Assembly: GCA_013265495.1 (NCBI GenBank)
Contig: MU058636.1
Span: 3,335,967 to 3,399,966 of the forward strand
Reading direction: 5' to 3'
Source of the DNA: Vicugna vicugna
Taxonomy: Eukaryota
DNA length: 64,000 nt
The notes beneath the pieces are model-generated. The model ran no database searches and was not told the DNA's origin. It worked only from the letters and a program-made list of their open reading frames with translations. The translations under genes and the position numbers were made by a program. Of this stretch, positions 51,451 through 63,557 are shown in pieces. The stretch's first letter is position 1, and each line of letters starts with the position of its first letter.

Positions 51451-52771
51451 TCTCTGTTTAAAGCTTGGCTTCTGACCCTCTGAGCGCTGCCAACATTTTA
51501 AAACAGTTTGCTTATGTCACGGTCAGCAAAGGCTGTGGGGAACGCTGCAGTGCGGCCTTAAAGGAAGAGGCTGGAACTTACTACGACCAGAGGAAGTATT
51601 GCCTGAACCCCGATCACACCCGTCCTCTACCCATAGCCCGCACCTCAGGGCTCATACTCGGGAGAATGAAGCAAACCTCAGAAGCGGCCTTAGAGACACC
51701 TTGACCTGAACCAGTGAACAGGCAACCTATTTGTGCTGACTGCCTGACGGGGGCACCGGAAACAACTGTACGATCTGCAAGCCCCTGGGAGAGAGGGTTC
51801 GCTCCAAACCCGTCTGCAACTCACGCATGGGAGGATCTCAGGTCTGCTCGCTAGGAATGAAATCAGTATCAGAGACTCTCAAGACAGAGCTGGGCTCCGG
51901 TCTCTGGGTGGCAGGGGGAGGGAGGAGCTGGGGAAAGACACAGCGACTTAGATCCCTGTGAGCCGAGTGGGACGGACTCCTAGGTGGGAATGGCCTCAGG
52001 CAGACTTCTTGCTGCAGAAATCCTGCTCCCCCCACATAGCTAGTATGTTCAAAGAGCCCACCTCATCGCTGGAAAAGGCAGAGAGAAGACCCCAGCCAGG
52101 AGTCAGGCAGATTTCACCAGCAGGGCAAACCCTCAGCCAAGACCCGGCAGCTGCCGTAGCGGGGTGACTGAGGCTAGCAGACGGGGGAGGAGAAGGGAGA
52201 AGGGAGAAGGGAACTACTATCTATTCAGGGCCCACGCTGTGCCCAGCCCCAGGGTCAGGCCCTGACCCAAAACAAGAAGTAGCTTCTAGAGCAGATGCCA
52301 CTCTTGCCTCACTCAAAACAAGATTTCCTCTGCACTGGAGTCAGTAACACCCTGCCCTGGGGTTTCCAGAAGTAACCTTCCAGGTCAGTTACAGGAACAA
52401 TAGCAGCTTATTTCAGGCCCACTCTGTGCTCTGGCGCAGGACGCAGTGTGAGCAGTGTAAGCAGCCACCTCCCTCCCTCTCTGGAAGCACAGAGGTGGTG
52501 CTTTGGCCCTTCTCCAGCAAAGGTGACAAAGGCACTAATGTCTAGTCAAAATCCCTAACCTCACGGACCCTGAGCAGCGTCAGCACAGCTTCCTGGTTCC
52601 GCAGCTTTCCCGTCTACAGCAGAGGCAGTGTGGTTTTCGGGCGTGCAGTGGAAGCAGCCGGTGCAGCAACTACCTGCCCAGGCCAGCTTTGCCGCGTGGC
52701 TCCGGGAGTTGGACCTGGACACCTAGTCTGCAGCCTCCCTCTCCAGCACTTGCCACCATTCTGTAACCCGG

Positions 52772-52962
52772 CAGTTCTCAAAGCGGGGGTGGGGGGGTAT
52801 CACTGGACCAGCAGTATCAGCAGCACAGGGAACGTGTTAGAAATGCAAATTCTTGGACCCCCACCCCAGACCTACTGAATCAGAAACTCTGGCAGCATGG
52901 CCGGGTAGTCTTGGCTTTAACAAGCCTTCCTTCTGATGCATGCTAAAGTTTAAGAACCCGTG
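52772..52962. mobile_element. MER5A MITE
   Basis: gttagaaatgcaaattcttggacccccaccccagacctactgaatcagaaactct...tgctaaagtttaagaacc. Confidence 0.9.
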
Positions 52963-53289
52963 CTACAAGCCAACGGCCTCCAATAAATCCATTTGGCTAA
53001 AAGAAACTAGAGTGGAGCCTGTTGTCTGCAACTTAACCCTGACTGAATCACAGTCCCTGCCCTCGTGTTGCACATGGGGAAGATAATCAATAAGACAAAA
53101 CAGCAGGGTGTTCTGGAGGGAACAAAATAGAGGCACTTCACCCAGGCAAGAAGGATGGTGATCTCCCAACTATTTTTACTGCATATCCTTCTCAAAATTT
53201 TTGAACATGTACCCGCAATAGGTATACTGATTCCTAAATTATATATATTCTATTAATATATCACAAAACACATATAAAGAGAACCTTAA

Positions 53290-53640
53290 CAGGTGAGATT
53301 AAAACATGAACATAAACAGAAGTTCTAATGCTTTCGTCCTGCACCCTATGGATGGCAGGAGAGAAAAGAAAAGCAGAATAGAGAAAATCATCAACAAAAC
53401 CATTCAAGAAGTTTTCCCAGAACGGAAGTGCATGCGATTCCAGAATGAAAGGGTCCACCAAGTACCCAACACAATGGATGACAACAGACCAAGGAACAGC
53501 ATTGAGAAATCTCTGAACACTGGGGACCACTGGGACCAAAAAAAGATCCTACAGGTTTCTATAAAGATAAAATAGGTCAAATACAAGGATCAGGAAACAC
53601 ATTGACTTCAGACTTTTAAGAGCAAAAAGACAATAGACAA
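53290..53640 (+). mobile_element. HAL1/old L1 ORF1 remnant
   Basis: ORF 53306-53575 EKIINKTIQEVFPE...FQNERVHQVP...KKILQ resembles the L1 ORF1p RRM region. Confidence 0.7.
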
Positions 53641-53904
53641 AGGGTCCAGTCTGAGGTAAATGGCAAACGGGTCCTCCACCCAGACCATCTGCAGACTGCC
53701 CTTATAAAAAGTGGACAGAATGACACGGCCACTGTTTAAGGAATCTGAAAAATAAACAGTAACAGGCAGACTGAGGAAGAAGACCGGAGCCCAGAGGATC
53801 ACCAAACCAGCAGCGTATTATTTTTTCCTCTGCAATAATCAGCTTTGACTCAAGGCAGTGTGATCATGATGTCAGCAATGGCCTGGGGTGCTAAATATTA
53901 TTAT

Positions 53905-55890
53905 TATTATTCTGCAATAAGAAGGAACAAACTAGTGATTCACGCAATAGAATGGATGAGTCTTAGATGCACTTTGCTAAATGAAACAAGCCAGTCCAAA
54001 AGAATACTATATGGTTCTTTATTCAACATTCTGGAAAAGACCATACTACAGGGACAGAAAACAGATCAGTAATTGCTAGGGGACAAGGCACAGGGAGGGG
54101 CTGACCATGAAGGGGCAGCCCAAGGGAATTTTTGTGATAGAATTATTCTTTATCATAACTGTGGTGGTAGACACACAGATCTAGGCATTTGTCAAAACCC
54201 AAGGTCCTGTACATCACAAAAAGTGAAACCTGCTATGCATAAATTAAAAAAAACAAACAAACCAGGATGTAGGAGGAGCCCCCCTCCAAATACACACTGT
54301 AACAAGTTAATGTAAGTGTATCACCAATGAGTAACATAAGCACACTGGAACGGGTGAAGAAAAAGACTTTGGAGCTTTGATAACAGTATTTAACAGGATA
54401 CTGTAAGGTTTAAGACAAAATGAATTCTACACAAATACCTACTCTGGTCAGCAGATTTGTTTCTCAGAGGGGATGGGCTAGCACTTCTCAAACTACTTCA
54501 TGTGCATACGAGGGTTGAACAACACAGCGAATACAGTGTATATCATGAGAGCCAGGTTTCTCACTGTCAGAGAAAGAAGTTACAAATAGGGAAAGGGGAA
54601 GTTTAGAATGAACCCTGTGGTGTTGGGATAGAATCAGAAGTATCAGCAAGAACTTGTGTTCTTTAAGCAGGTACACAGACTGATAGATAAAGAAATAAAT
54701 AAATACGGGTATGTGCATGGGTTATCAGACAAACATTTCCTAGCCCTGTCCCCAGAGAAGACACCCCAGTAACAGTGAGCACACCTAGCGCCTGTATGTC
54801 AGTCTCCAAATGCTATGACCCATTAAAGGGAACAAAGGGTCCTTAGAGAAGTGGTTGACACAGCTGGGAAAGGGAAAACATAAGATGAGCCTGAGTATCC
54901 TGTGGGGTCAGAAAATAAGAAAGTGTTCAAAAAAGGACAGAGGCACAGGATTGAAAGAACACAGGAAAGAACCTGAAAGTGTGCCCAATGGCCAATGCTG
55001 GAACAATTTGAGGTACAATATAAATGACAATATAGTTAGATTAGAGCCCATAGGATACAATAAATACCCATGAGTCCACACCAATGTACATACACACACA
55101 TTTACATACACACATAGGAACGTACACAGGGGGAGACGAAGCAGCTCTTCCTTACAGAAGAATCCCAGTTAACAAATGTAGAAGAAATGAGGAGAACACA
55201 AAATCACCATGAGAAGGCCACAGTAATAATCACTGCAGGGAAAGTTCACCAAGGATGCTGCAATTAGTGGGCAGAAGCTTGAGGAGAAACAGGATATTTG
55301 CAGTATCTTCCCCACAAGATGTTTATTAACCAAAAAAGGAAAAATAGTAACTTTAGCCAGTCTCTTAGGCAAGTGAGGAAGGTAGACCACCAGGAACAAG
55401 GCTTATCAGCATCACGAAGCCTGACGTGGTACACGAGAAGGGCACATCCCCTCTGTCATCCCCTTGCTAAAAATTCATCATGAGAAACCAACAGACAGAC
55501 CAACCCAAATGGAGGGACATTCTACAAAGTAATGAATTGGTATTTTTAAATAGTGACAAAATTGTGAACATAAACAGGTAAAGACTGAGGAATTGTCACA
55601 GATTGGGAGAAACTGAGCAGAAATAACATGTAAATGTAATGTCGGCTCCTGGACTGGATCCTGGGACAGAGGAAGGACATCAGTGGAAAAACAGATGAAC
55701 TCCAAATAAACCTGCCATCTAGTTAACAGTGTTACACCCAAGTCCCCATCTTGGTTTTGATAACTGGACTTCGATTCTGTCAGATGTGAGCATTAGGGGA
55801 CGCCAGATGAGAGGTGTATGAAAATCCGCTGTACTATTTTCACTTTTCTGTAAGACTAAAATTACTGCAAAATAAAGGGTTTTTTTAAGT
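53905..55890 (+). mobile_element. L1MC-like long 3' region
   Basis: ttctggaaaagaccatactaca...gagccaggtttctcactgt...ggactggatcctgggacagaggaaggacat...ctgtaagactaaaattactgcaaaataaa. Confidence 0.85.
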
Positions 55891-57419
55891 TCATACAACA
55901 TTAAAATGTCATCTTACATCCTAAGCTGACCTGCCACAGCTCCCTGCCAGGGTCTGTCGGGTAAGGATGTGGACTCAAACCACAGCAGAGCTCAGTCCTA
56001 ACGGACGGTCTCAGCCAGTGCCCAGGCCAGCGGCCAGGCTGAGCCTCTTGCCCATTTTTCTACATCAGCCAATAGTTTTGGACTTGGACTTTGCTGGACT
56101 AGAAAAAGGAAGAGGAAAGGGAAGCAAGCGACCTCTGGGATGGAGCTGCCTTCCTGTGGCTCTTGTAAGCTGCTTTGGGCTCCGGCTCAGTGGAGCACCA
56201 CCTCTAAGGAGGCCACCCTTTCACCGTGGCCAAAAGATTACAGAGGGTACAGTGTAGGCTGGATCTGGCCCACCTGCTGATGCCCTTGGGATTTTGAAAA
56301 CAATCTCCATGTTTACAAATCTGAGCTCACATGTCACACTTGTGGGGAGATAACTAAGCCGCTGCTGGGCGGTAGCAAGACTATTCATGTTCAGAAGCAC
56401 CTCCACGTACGCAGAGGCCAGTTAAGCCCTGAAAGCCGTCTGAAGAGCGCTGTGTGTCCTTCCAGCTGCCTGTGTGCAGCCCTCAGACCGACCTCCACCG
56501 AGGAGGGGTGTTTCAGAACCAAGCCTCTGCTCCTCCTCTCCGCTGCCGTACGTCCTCTCTTGGGCATCTTGCTCCCCTAGCGAATCAGTGTCTTCTACAG
56601 CAGAAGTGCATCGACAGAGATACTATCTGCAAGTACTGTAAGAGTCTCCTCAGCAGTTTCATAGCCACCGCCCCACTGCACTTTCAAGTCAGGCAAATTC
56701 AACAGGGCCTTGTACAGAGGAAATGGCCATGGCTTGGGGCCAACGTTTCATCACTCTAGCCTCCAAGTCTTCAAACGAACTCCTGGCATGCTCCTGACCC
56801 AGGCTGGGGGACGGCGGGTGTGCATCCTCCAAGCCAGGACCCCTCAGATCCTTTTGTCTGTCACGTGTCCAATCTCCTGTCAACGATGTTGACTGATGAT
56901 TGTGACTGTTGACACATTGCACAATTACTCTTGTCCTTTAGAACCTTTCTTAATGTTGAATGACTTGGTCCATAACAACCTTCATGATTTGATCACTGTT
57001 TTCCATTTTTAAAAAATTATCTCGTTTGTAATTCATATTAGTAAACCCCTCATGGATATAACATGTCCACGCTATGTCCAAAAATATTTGTAAAATTCCT
57101 CAGGCCCCGCACAAGCAGGGCACGCGCACTGCAGGCCACAGTGCTTGTGGCCAAGGCCCTGACGTGGTCAGGGCGGTGAGCAGCGCTTCCGCAGGAGAGC
57201 ACAGCTTTGCTGTAACCACGGAGAGGGCGTCGGCACCACCCAAGGAGAGAAAGGGGGAGATTCTGAAGCTGAAGCTTGGTACACTACTTCCAGAATCAAC
57301 AGAGTAGGAGACAGACACAACTATGTGGCATGCTTGGGCAGAAATCTACTTATCTATGTAATATGAAAAATAGTCAAAGGTTGGCTTAGAAATTTTCAAA
57401 AGGGTTACACTGTTAAGGC

Positions 57420-57640
57420 GTTCATTCTGTGTCAAGCACACGCATTAGCTCACTGAAGTCTGAGAACAATTCCACAACACAGACGTTGTCATTCCCATAT
57501 TACAGACATCTTACATTCCCATATTACCGAACTGAGGCACCGATAGGTAAAGGAACTTGTCCAAAGTCACGTGGCTAATGAGGGGCAACTCTGGGATTCA
57601 AACCTGGGCCTCTGACTGCGGAACTCTTAACCATCAAGCT
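57420..57640 (-). mobile_element. MIR SINE
   Basis: actgaggcac...aacttgtccaaagtcac...ctgggattcaaacctgg. Confidence 0.8.
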
Positions 57641-57874
57641 AAACTTTACAGGTAATCCCCTCAGCCTCAGGTTAACCCTGACTGTGGAGAAATGAGTGTA
57701 CGACCTTTTCCTCACAACACTCTAGTCCAAGAGGGCTGGTCCCATGAACCCGGTGTTGACTTCAGAACCGTCCCCTTGGGGGGCACCTCCCTGTATGACC
57801 TGACTCCACGCCCTGAGAGCCCCCACAGCTGGACGTCGACGGTGCCTTCTGCTGACAGGGCTCAGGAGGCGGCT

Positions 57875-57985
57875 CCCCACCAGGGTGGTGCTGCCCCCAG
57901 CGGGTATTTGGCAATGACGGGAGATATTTTTGATTGTTACGATCCAGCACAAAATGACAATGGTGCTGAGGTTGAGAAGCCCAAG
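57875..57985. mobile_element. MER20, internally deleted
   Basis: gcccccagcgggtatttggcaatgacgggagatatttttgattgt...gtgctgaggttgagaagccc. Confidence 0.75.
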
Positions 57986-58539
57986 CTAAAGGAGCAGCAA
58001 TGCTCATGAGCCCTTGTCCCAGCTGGGTGGGAGGAAGGGACACAGTCAGATGGGCTGGCGGGGGGCGGGAGGGGCTGCCCCTCACACCTGGGCTCCTTCC
58101 GTCCAGCTAATTAGTGCATATACAGCTTGTCTGACCCGACAGCTTCCTTTCCCCCATAAACAGCATGTTGGCAAGTCTTTCCAAACTCAAAATTCCGTCC
58201 TGACAAGCTAAGCAAACGATTCAACCGGGCGACTTTCTGCTGTGCGGTGGTGGATCTCGGAGGGAACACACGGGAGAGAGAAGTGTAGCAGTGACTGGGT
58301 TGCAGGGCCCCTGGCAGGCAAGGCCAGGAAAGAACATGACTGTCAGAGGAAGGGAGGGGGCTTTCAGGCTGGTCAGGAGTCCTCCCTAATTGTTTTAGCA
58401 GGGCCGGAGATCGCGCTCTGCAAGAACAGATGGAGGCTATAACCAGACACCGCTGCAAACGTGCTCGGTCCCATGCTAAAACAAGACGTGTTACAGTCAC
58501 TTCTTGAGAAGCTGAAGGTCAGGGTTCTGCCAGGAAGGA

Positions 58540-58740
58540 ACCAGCCTGGGGAGTCAGACAGACCTGGTTTTCAGTTCCAGCCTTGACGTGCTCTCACCAT
58601 GTGACTGCAGCCAGGAAACAAGCTCTCTGAGCCTCCAGGGTCTCTCAACTGCAAGTCAGAATCATTACCAGCCACCTCATCCTAAGGAGTGAAGGGGACG
58701 TGTGGACCAGAGCACATGGTGGTGCTGGGCACAGAGCAGC
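58540..58740 (+). mobile_element. MIR SINE
   Basis: ggagtcagacagacctggtt...catgtgact...ctctctgagcctc. Confidence 0.65.
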
Positions 58741-58995
58741 GGAGGCAGAAGGGCGGCGCCCGGCCCTCCCCACCGCCTCTGCACTGGCAGCGTGCAGGAG
58801 AGTGTGGCTGGAGAAGGGACCGTGCGAGGGGCTGAGTCAGAGCCCAACAGAGGCTTTTTATTAAATGGAATTTACCTTAACAAATCATTCCATGCAAGAC
58901 GTCCAGATAAGCAAGCTTGCCTCAAACAAGTATTTTCGATTCTAGGACCCCAAAAATGCCTCCTTGAGATATACTTACTATGCACCTGGGGTCCC

Positions 58996-59797
58996 CAGAA
59001 GTAGATTTAGCATGAAGATAATGAACTTGGAACTTCAGCCTCTCACTTCTAGGCCCCAGTGGAGGCCCCGACAGGGGCCCAAGCCACACAGTCATGGTCA
59101 TTTACTTTTGTAAACTTGACACTGGTAAGATGCTATGACCTTAATTGCTTAAGATCGCTGCCTCCTTCTACTCTGACTTCTCTCTGGCCACATTTCTTCT
59201 CCTTTTGGGTGATTTTGGAGTGGTCATGGGCAGTCTGGGTCTGGCTAAGAGAAATCTCAGCTAAAGATACCTTTACCTTGGATTAAGATAAATTTATAAA
59301 TTACAAACTATGTTCATAGTTGTTACTGAAGGTTGTTCTGGAGTAGGGAAGGTTTCCAGGAATATTCCCAGGGCCCACTGTGCCGACTCCGCCAGCACAG
59401 AGATGAGAAGGCTCTGATCCAGAGGTCACGTCACAGGATGAGTGTGTCCTGCAGGGTCTGGCACCAGAAGTATTGTGGGCGGGGAGGAGAAACGAGATGT
59501 GAAATCAACCCAGAAGAGACTAGCCAGAAGCTAGTCTGGAAGAAAGTGCTTCACCATCAAACTCACACAATTGTAGGCACACTTAAAACTGACTATGTGG
59601 TCAAAAAGACAGTTCTCTCCTTTCAAGAATACGAGACCATCAAAGAAAATGCACCCCAAAATGCAGGCTAAAAGGATTTTAGAAGTGAATTTTGTGATAT
59701 TTTAATATCTAATTTTCTCTATAACTTTCTACTCGCTTTAAAAAGGCCTCCCAAATTGTAAAAGTTTCAGGTCCTACAAAACCTGGATCCTCCCCTT
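58996..59797 (-). mobile_element. ~800-bp hAT element with MER53-type ends
   Basis: Left cagaagtagatttagcatgaagataatgaa; right cccaaattgtaaaagtttcaggtcctacaaaacctggatcc; flanks ggggtccc/taggtcac. Confidence 0.65.
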
Positions 59798-60544
59798 TAG
59801 GTCACATGCTTGTATCTTTTTGAAGAGAGCAGAGTGGGGTAAAGGTAAAGAGGGAGACCACTAAACTCCCTAACTACTAAATGTCCTGAAATAATTATAT
59901 TTCCGTGATTCAGTGAATAGAAAATTGGAAACTTTGTGTATCTGTTCCTTCTGGAAAGAGTTAAGTGAAATAAGAATATAAGGCTCCAGACTACGTCAGT
60001 GGATTTTCTTCTAAGGCTAAGTCCATATTGCACAGTGTTTTGGAAAGTCCTCTATGTATACTGTGAAATAAAACACATGTAGGTTAAAAAAAAAAAGTGT
60101 TGTCAGTTTCTGCCTGGACCTTTCATCTGGATTTAGCTATCCTTTCTCTCCAGCCAAGATTCTAAACTCTATTCACTCCCCCTATTGTTGCTTCTACACT
60201 AAAATCAAACAAACCCAGCTTGACAATTACAGTTTTTGAAAGCACAAAGTAACACTACACAAGTTCCAGAAAGTGAAAGAACCTCTTTCTAAATTCAAAC
60301 GACTGAATCAGGAAACACTCAGGTAGGCAGAGTCCTTGCAGTTTCTGTTCTCACCGCAGTAAGATTTAAAGGAGCCACATTCTGGATGCGGGTTTTCATG
60401 TTGATAAAAACTTCAGAAGAGCCCGCAAAGTCTCCGTGCCTTTCGCCACCCCTCCCCCCTCCCAGAACTCCATCTACCCAGAAGCCTGAATTTCACAAGG
60501 AAGAAAAATGGGGCTTTCTGCTCCTTTCAGAATGCTGTCCTCCA

Positions 60545-61090
60545 TCTCTGGAGCGCGGGACCCAGAACCCAGTCCGCCTGCACGTCCCTCTGCTCGGGGC
60601 CGGGCAGCTGCAGCCGCCGCGCCTCCCGGTTTGGAGAAAGGAGCTACGCTGGGCGAGTTTGCAAAGTCCTGGAAGCAGAGCAAAACCAGGGAGAACTTGT
60701 GGGCTCTTTTCCTTTCCTTGGAAAGCACTTGAGCAAGAGGAAGCCGCCCCACCCACCCTGTATACCTTCTATTGCAGTCCCGGTTGTTTTACAAAAAGAG
60801 AGTTCGTGTCTTTAAAACCTTCATTTTCTCCCCAGGAGTAACCATTAGTTAATGATTGCCAGCCGGTTTCTGTCTCTCCGCACCACGTGACCGGGGCACG
60901 TGACTTGGAGCCGGCTGCGGTCTGTCCTTGTAGCTGAATAGAAAGATCAAGCTTATTATTGCACGAAGAGCCTGGGGAACTCATCAGGGCAACGTGATTC
61001 CCCGGGCGGGTTACACAACACGCGGCCGCGCTCGGCTCCTGGCTCCCGGCGCCCAGCCTCGCTCCGCCGCGGCGCAGGGAGCCGTTTTCT
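60545..61090. promoter_or_regulatory. Small CpG-rich regulatory element (enhancer or promoter) with tandem E-boxes
   Basis: Dense CpGs including NotI at 61022; CACGTGAC at 60884 and 60897; HNF1-like GTTAATGATTGCC 60848-60860; AACGTG 60991; TTACACAA 61011. Confidence 0.7.
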
Positions 61091-61479
61091 AAGGAACACA
61101 GAACAAACCCGGTTTTATGTTTTCCAAAGTGAGAGTCCATCTTCCCTGTGGAAAATGCATGACGATCCTAGAGAACTAAGACACCCAATTTCTCCAAGCC
61201 ACCTGAGGCCTCCTGCTGGGATAGGGCGAGAGGACTGCGCAGCACACAAATAAAGCAGGAAAAACGAGACCCAAACCCCTTCTCAACTGAAGAGTCTGGA
61301 TTGACTATCTCCCTTCCTCCCTTCCTGGAAAGTCTTCAAAATATGCTCTTCTCTCCTTATAAAAAATGGAAACTAAAAATGACATTTGAAAATTTAAAAT
61401 TTAAATGACATGTTCATTTCATGTTTTTTCCCAAAGATTTCTAGAATCTTAGCAGTTAAATTTTGATTCAGCACATCCT

Positions 61480-61665
61480 GCAAAGGAGAGAGCAGAAGGA
61501 TTGGTCTTTTTATAGGAGGGAAGAGTCTGGCATCCTTTGCAGGTTAGGTGGTAGGTTTGTGTATGCAAATATATGCAGATTTGCCTCCAGAGGGCCCCTC
61601 CCACACCCAGGAGGTGAGGTCCTTATCATGCCCATTTTAATGCTGTCCTACCCCCACAACCCTAT
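61480..61665 (-). mobile_element. Probable ERV LTR fragment (U3 with TATA box and octamer)
   Basis: Minus-strand cctataaaaagaccaatc; atgcaaat octamer; ends ...caca. Confidence 0.4.
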
Positions 61666-62750
61666 TCTGAAGAAGCCCTGCAACATTTTGCTTTCTCTTG
61701 TTTCTAAGGGTAGTCTTCGGTGACGACAACTACAGGAGAAAGGTAGGGGAGGGACAGTGACCTTGGTTATCTCCAGACCAAGTCCTTCTCTGAGTAGAAC
61801 TACAGAGAACCACAGAGAACCACAGCCTTCACTTGCCCACCAGCACCTGTCCTAGAACACGAGGACAGCCCATTCTCCAGCTCAGGCCCTGTGTCCGCTG
61901 TGGATTCACTCACTCCACAGATACTGACAGAATGCCTCCTCTGCCCCGCACTATTCCAGGAGCGGAGGAAGCAAGAGTGAGCATGGAAGACAGATCCCTG
62001 CTGCTGGGAGGGCAAGTGATCTCTACAAGGCCCGGTCTGGCCAGGAGTCTGGGGTGGGGGTCCCCCATGTGAGACTTGCTTCTGCAGCCCGGCCATTGCT
62101 CCAACGACCAGGGGCCCTCCTCTACCGGCCATTAGGGACTGATTTGCCAACTGATGCTTTGCAAACAAAGATTGCATCTTTGCTGACAGATTTGGTATGA
62201 TCTTGTTTCTTAGGCACCATCTAAGTCAGCACTGAGGAGTCTTTGCTGGTGTTTCTGATCCTGAGTGGTCAAGCGTCTGCCTCACTGCTGCTGGCAGCGG
62301 GGCTGAAAATACAGCAGAGCTTCTTGGAAGGGACCACTCCGGGAGCTGTAATCAAAGCTCTGCATGGAGTTCCAGCCAAGCATCAGCACCTTGGCTTCCC
62401 CACAGCCCAGCTTCAGAGGACACCTGAGCAACTCTGGCAGGAGCTGCCTGAAAGGCTAGCCCGTCCTGAGAGCCAGGGGCAAGGTCCGGCCTCGGGCAGC
62501 CTTCCAAAGGACAGCAAGCCAACGCTGCTTGTATTCCTGCACGAGAGGTGGGTATGAACCTCCCTACTTTGTCAGGCCTGATGTGGATCAGAGTAAAAGT
62601 GTGTTCAGAAACTGGCAAAGCTTCAGACATCCTGAATGAGAACTGATGGGGGAACAGGAGGGAGAAACTGAGGGAAATGATCACATTCTTAGTAAAACCT
62701 TGATTGGATTCTGATGGACACTCGGTGAATACTCTTTTCTCTAGAACTGC

Positions 62751-63083
62751 ACAGCCAGCCCCTCCATATCTGCGGGTTCTGCATCCTCAGGTTCAACCAA
62801 CTGCAGATCCAAAATATTCACACACACACAGACAAAAAATTCAGAAAGTTCCAAAAAGCAAAAGTTGAATTTGCTGCATGTCAGCAACTATTTACATAGC
62901 ATCTACAACTATTTACATTGTACTGGGCATTATAAGAAATGTAGAGATGACTTAAAGTATGCAGGAGGATGTGTGCAGTTTATGTGCAAATACCGTGCTT
63001 TTTATATAAGGGAGTATCCACAGGTTTTGGTATTCCCAGGGGTCCTGGAACCAATCCCCTATGGACACTGAGGGGCAACTGTA
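62751..63083. mobile_element. MER2-like Tigger MITE
   Basis: cctccatatctgcgggttctgcatcc...caactatttacatagcat...ggaaccaatcccctatggacactgaggggcaactgta. Confidence 0.9.
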
Positions 63084-63557
63084 TACACATCAAAGGAAGA
63101 GGAAGATGGCAAGCTTAAACAATAGTCAGAAATGCAGGCTCAGTTGTCTGCTGGCTGACGATGGCCTCTTATACAAGGAGCATCACCTCAGAGATGGTCC
63201 TTGATATCCACATGTGATAAGCAGTGCAGATGTCAGAACTTAGCCATCCAAATGTGGCTTTTGGCCATCTCCAACCCTGACCTGTGCATCAGAAAAAGGG
63301 AGGGCCCGGCTCTGGCCCTGGGAACTCAGAGTATTTTAAACTAAATGTCTTCCCCCAGCCTATCTCAACAATACTTCCTGTAGTCCCCAGTTTTCTGGAG
63401 AGGAAGAGTGACTGCCATCTTCCTTCTGCAGACGGGGAACCTAAGGCAGAAACATAGTAGTACCCCCAGCATCGGCAAGTTCTTGGAAAAATCACAGAAT
63501 AATATTCATATCTTCTCCAGGCTCACCTCTTGCAAATTCCTGTACTACCAAGAGTGT

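Noticed and set aside
57481..57527. 14-bp direct repeat cattcccatattac as a possible TSD
   Set aside because: Better explained as a local ~24-bp tandem duplication within a MIR; no A-tail
57888..57904. CTCF-like motif in MER20
   Set aside because: Only a partial match by eye; cannot be supported without a PWM scan or ChIP data
60386..61140. ORFs across the CpG element as a possible first coding exon
   Set aside because: Open frames are expected at this GC content; no recognisable protein and no convincing ATG-plus-donor structure
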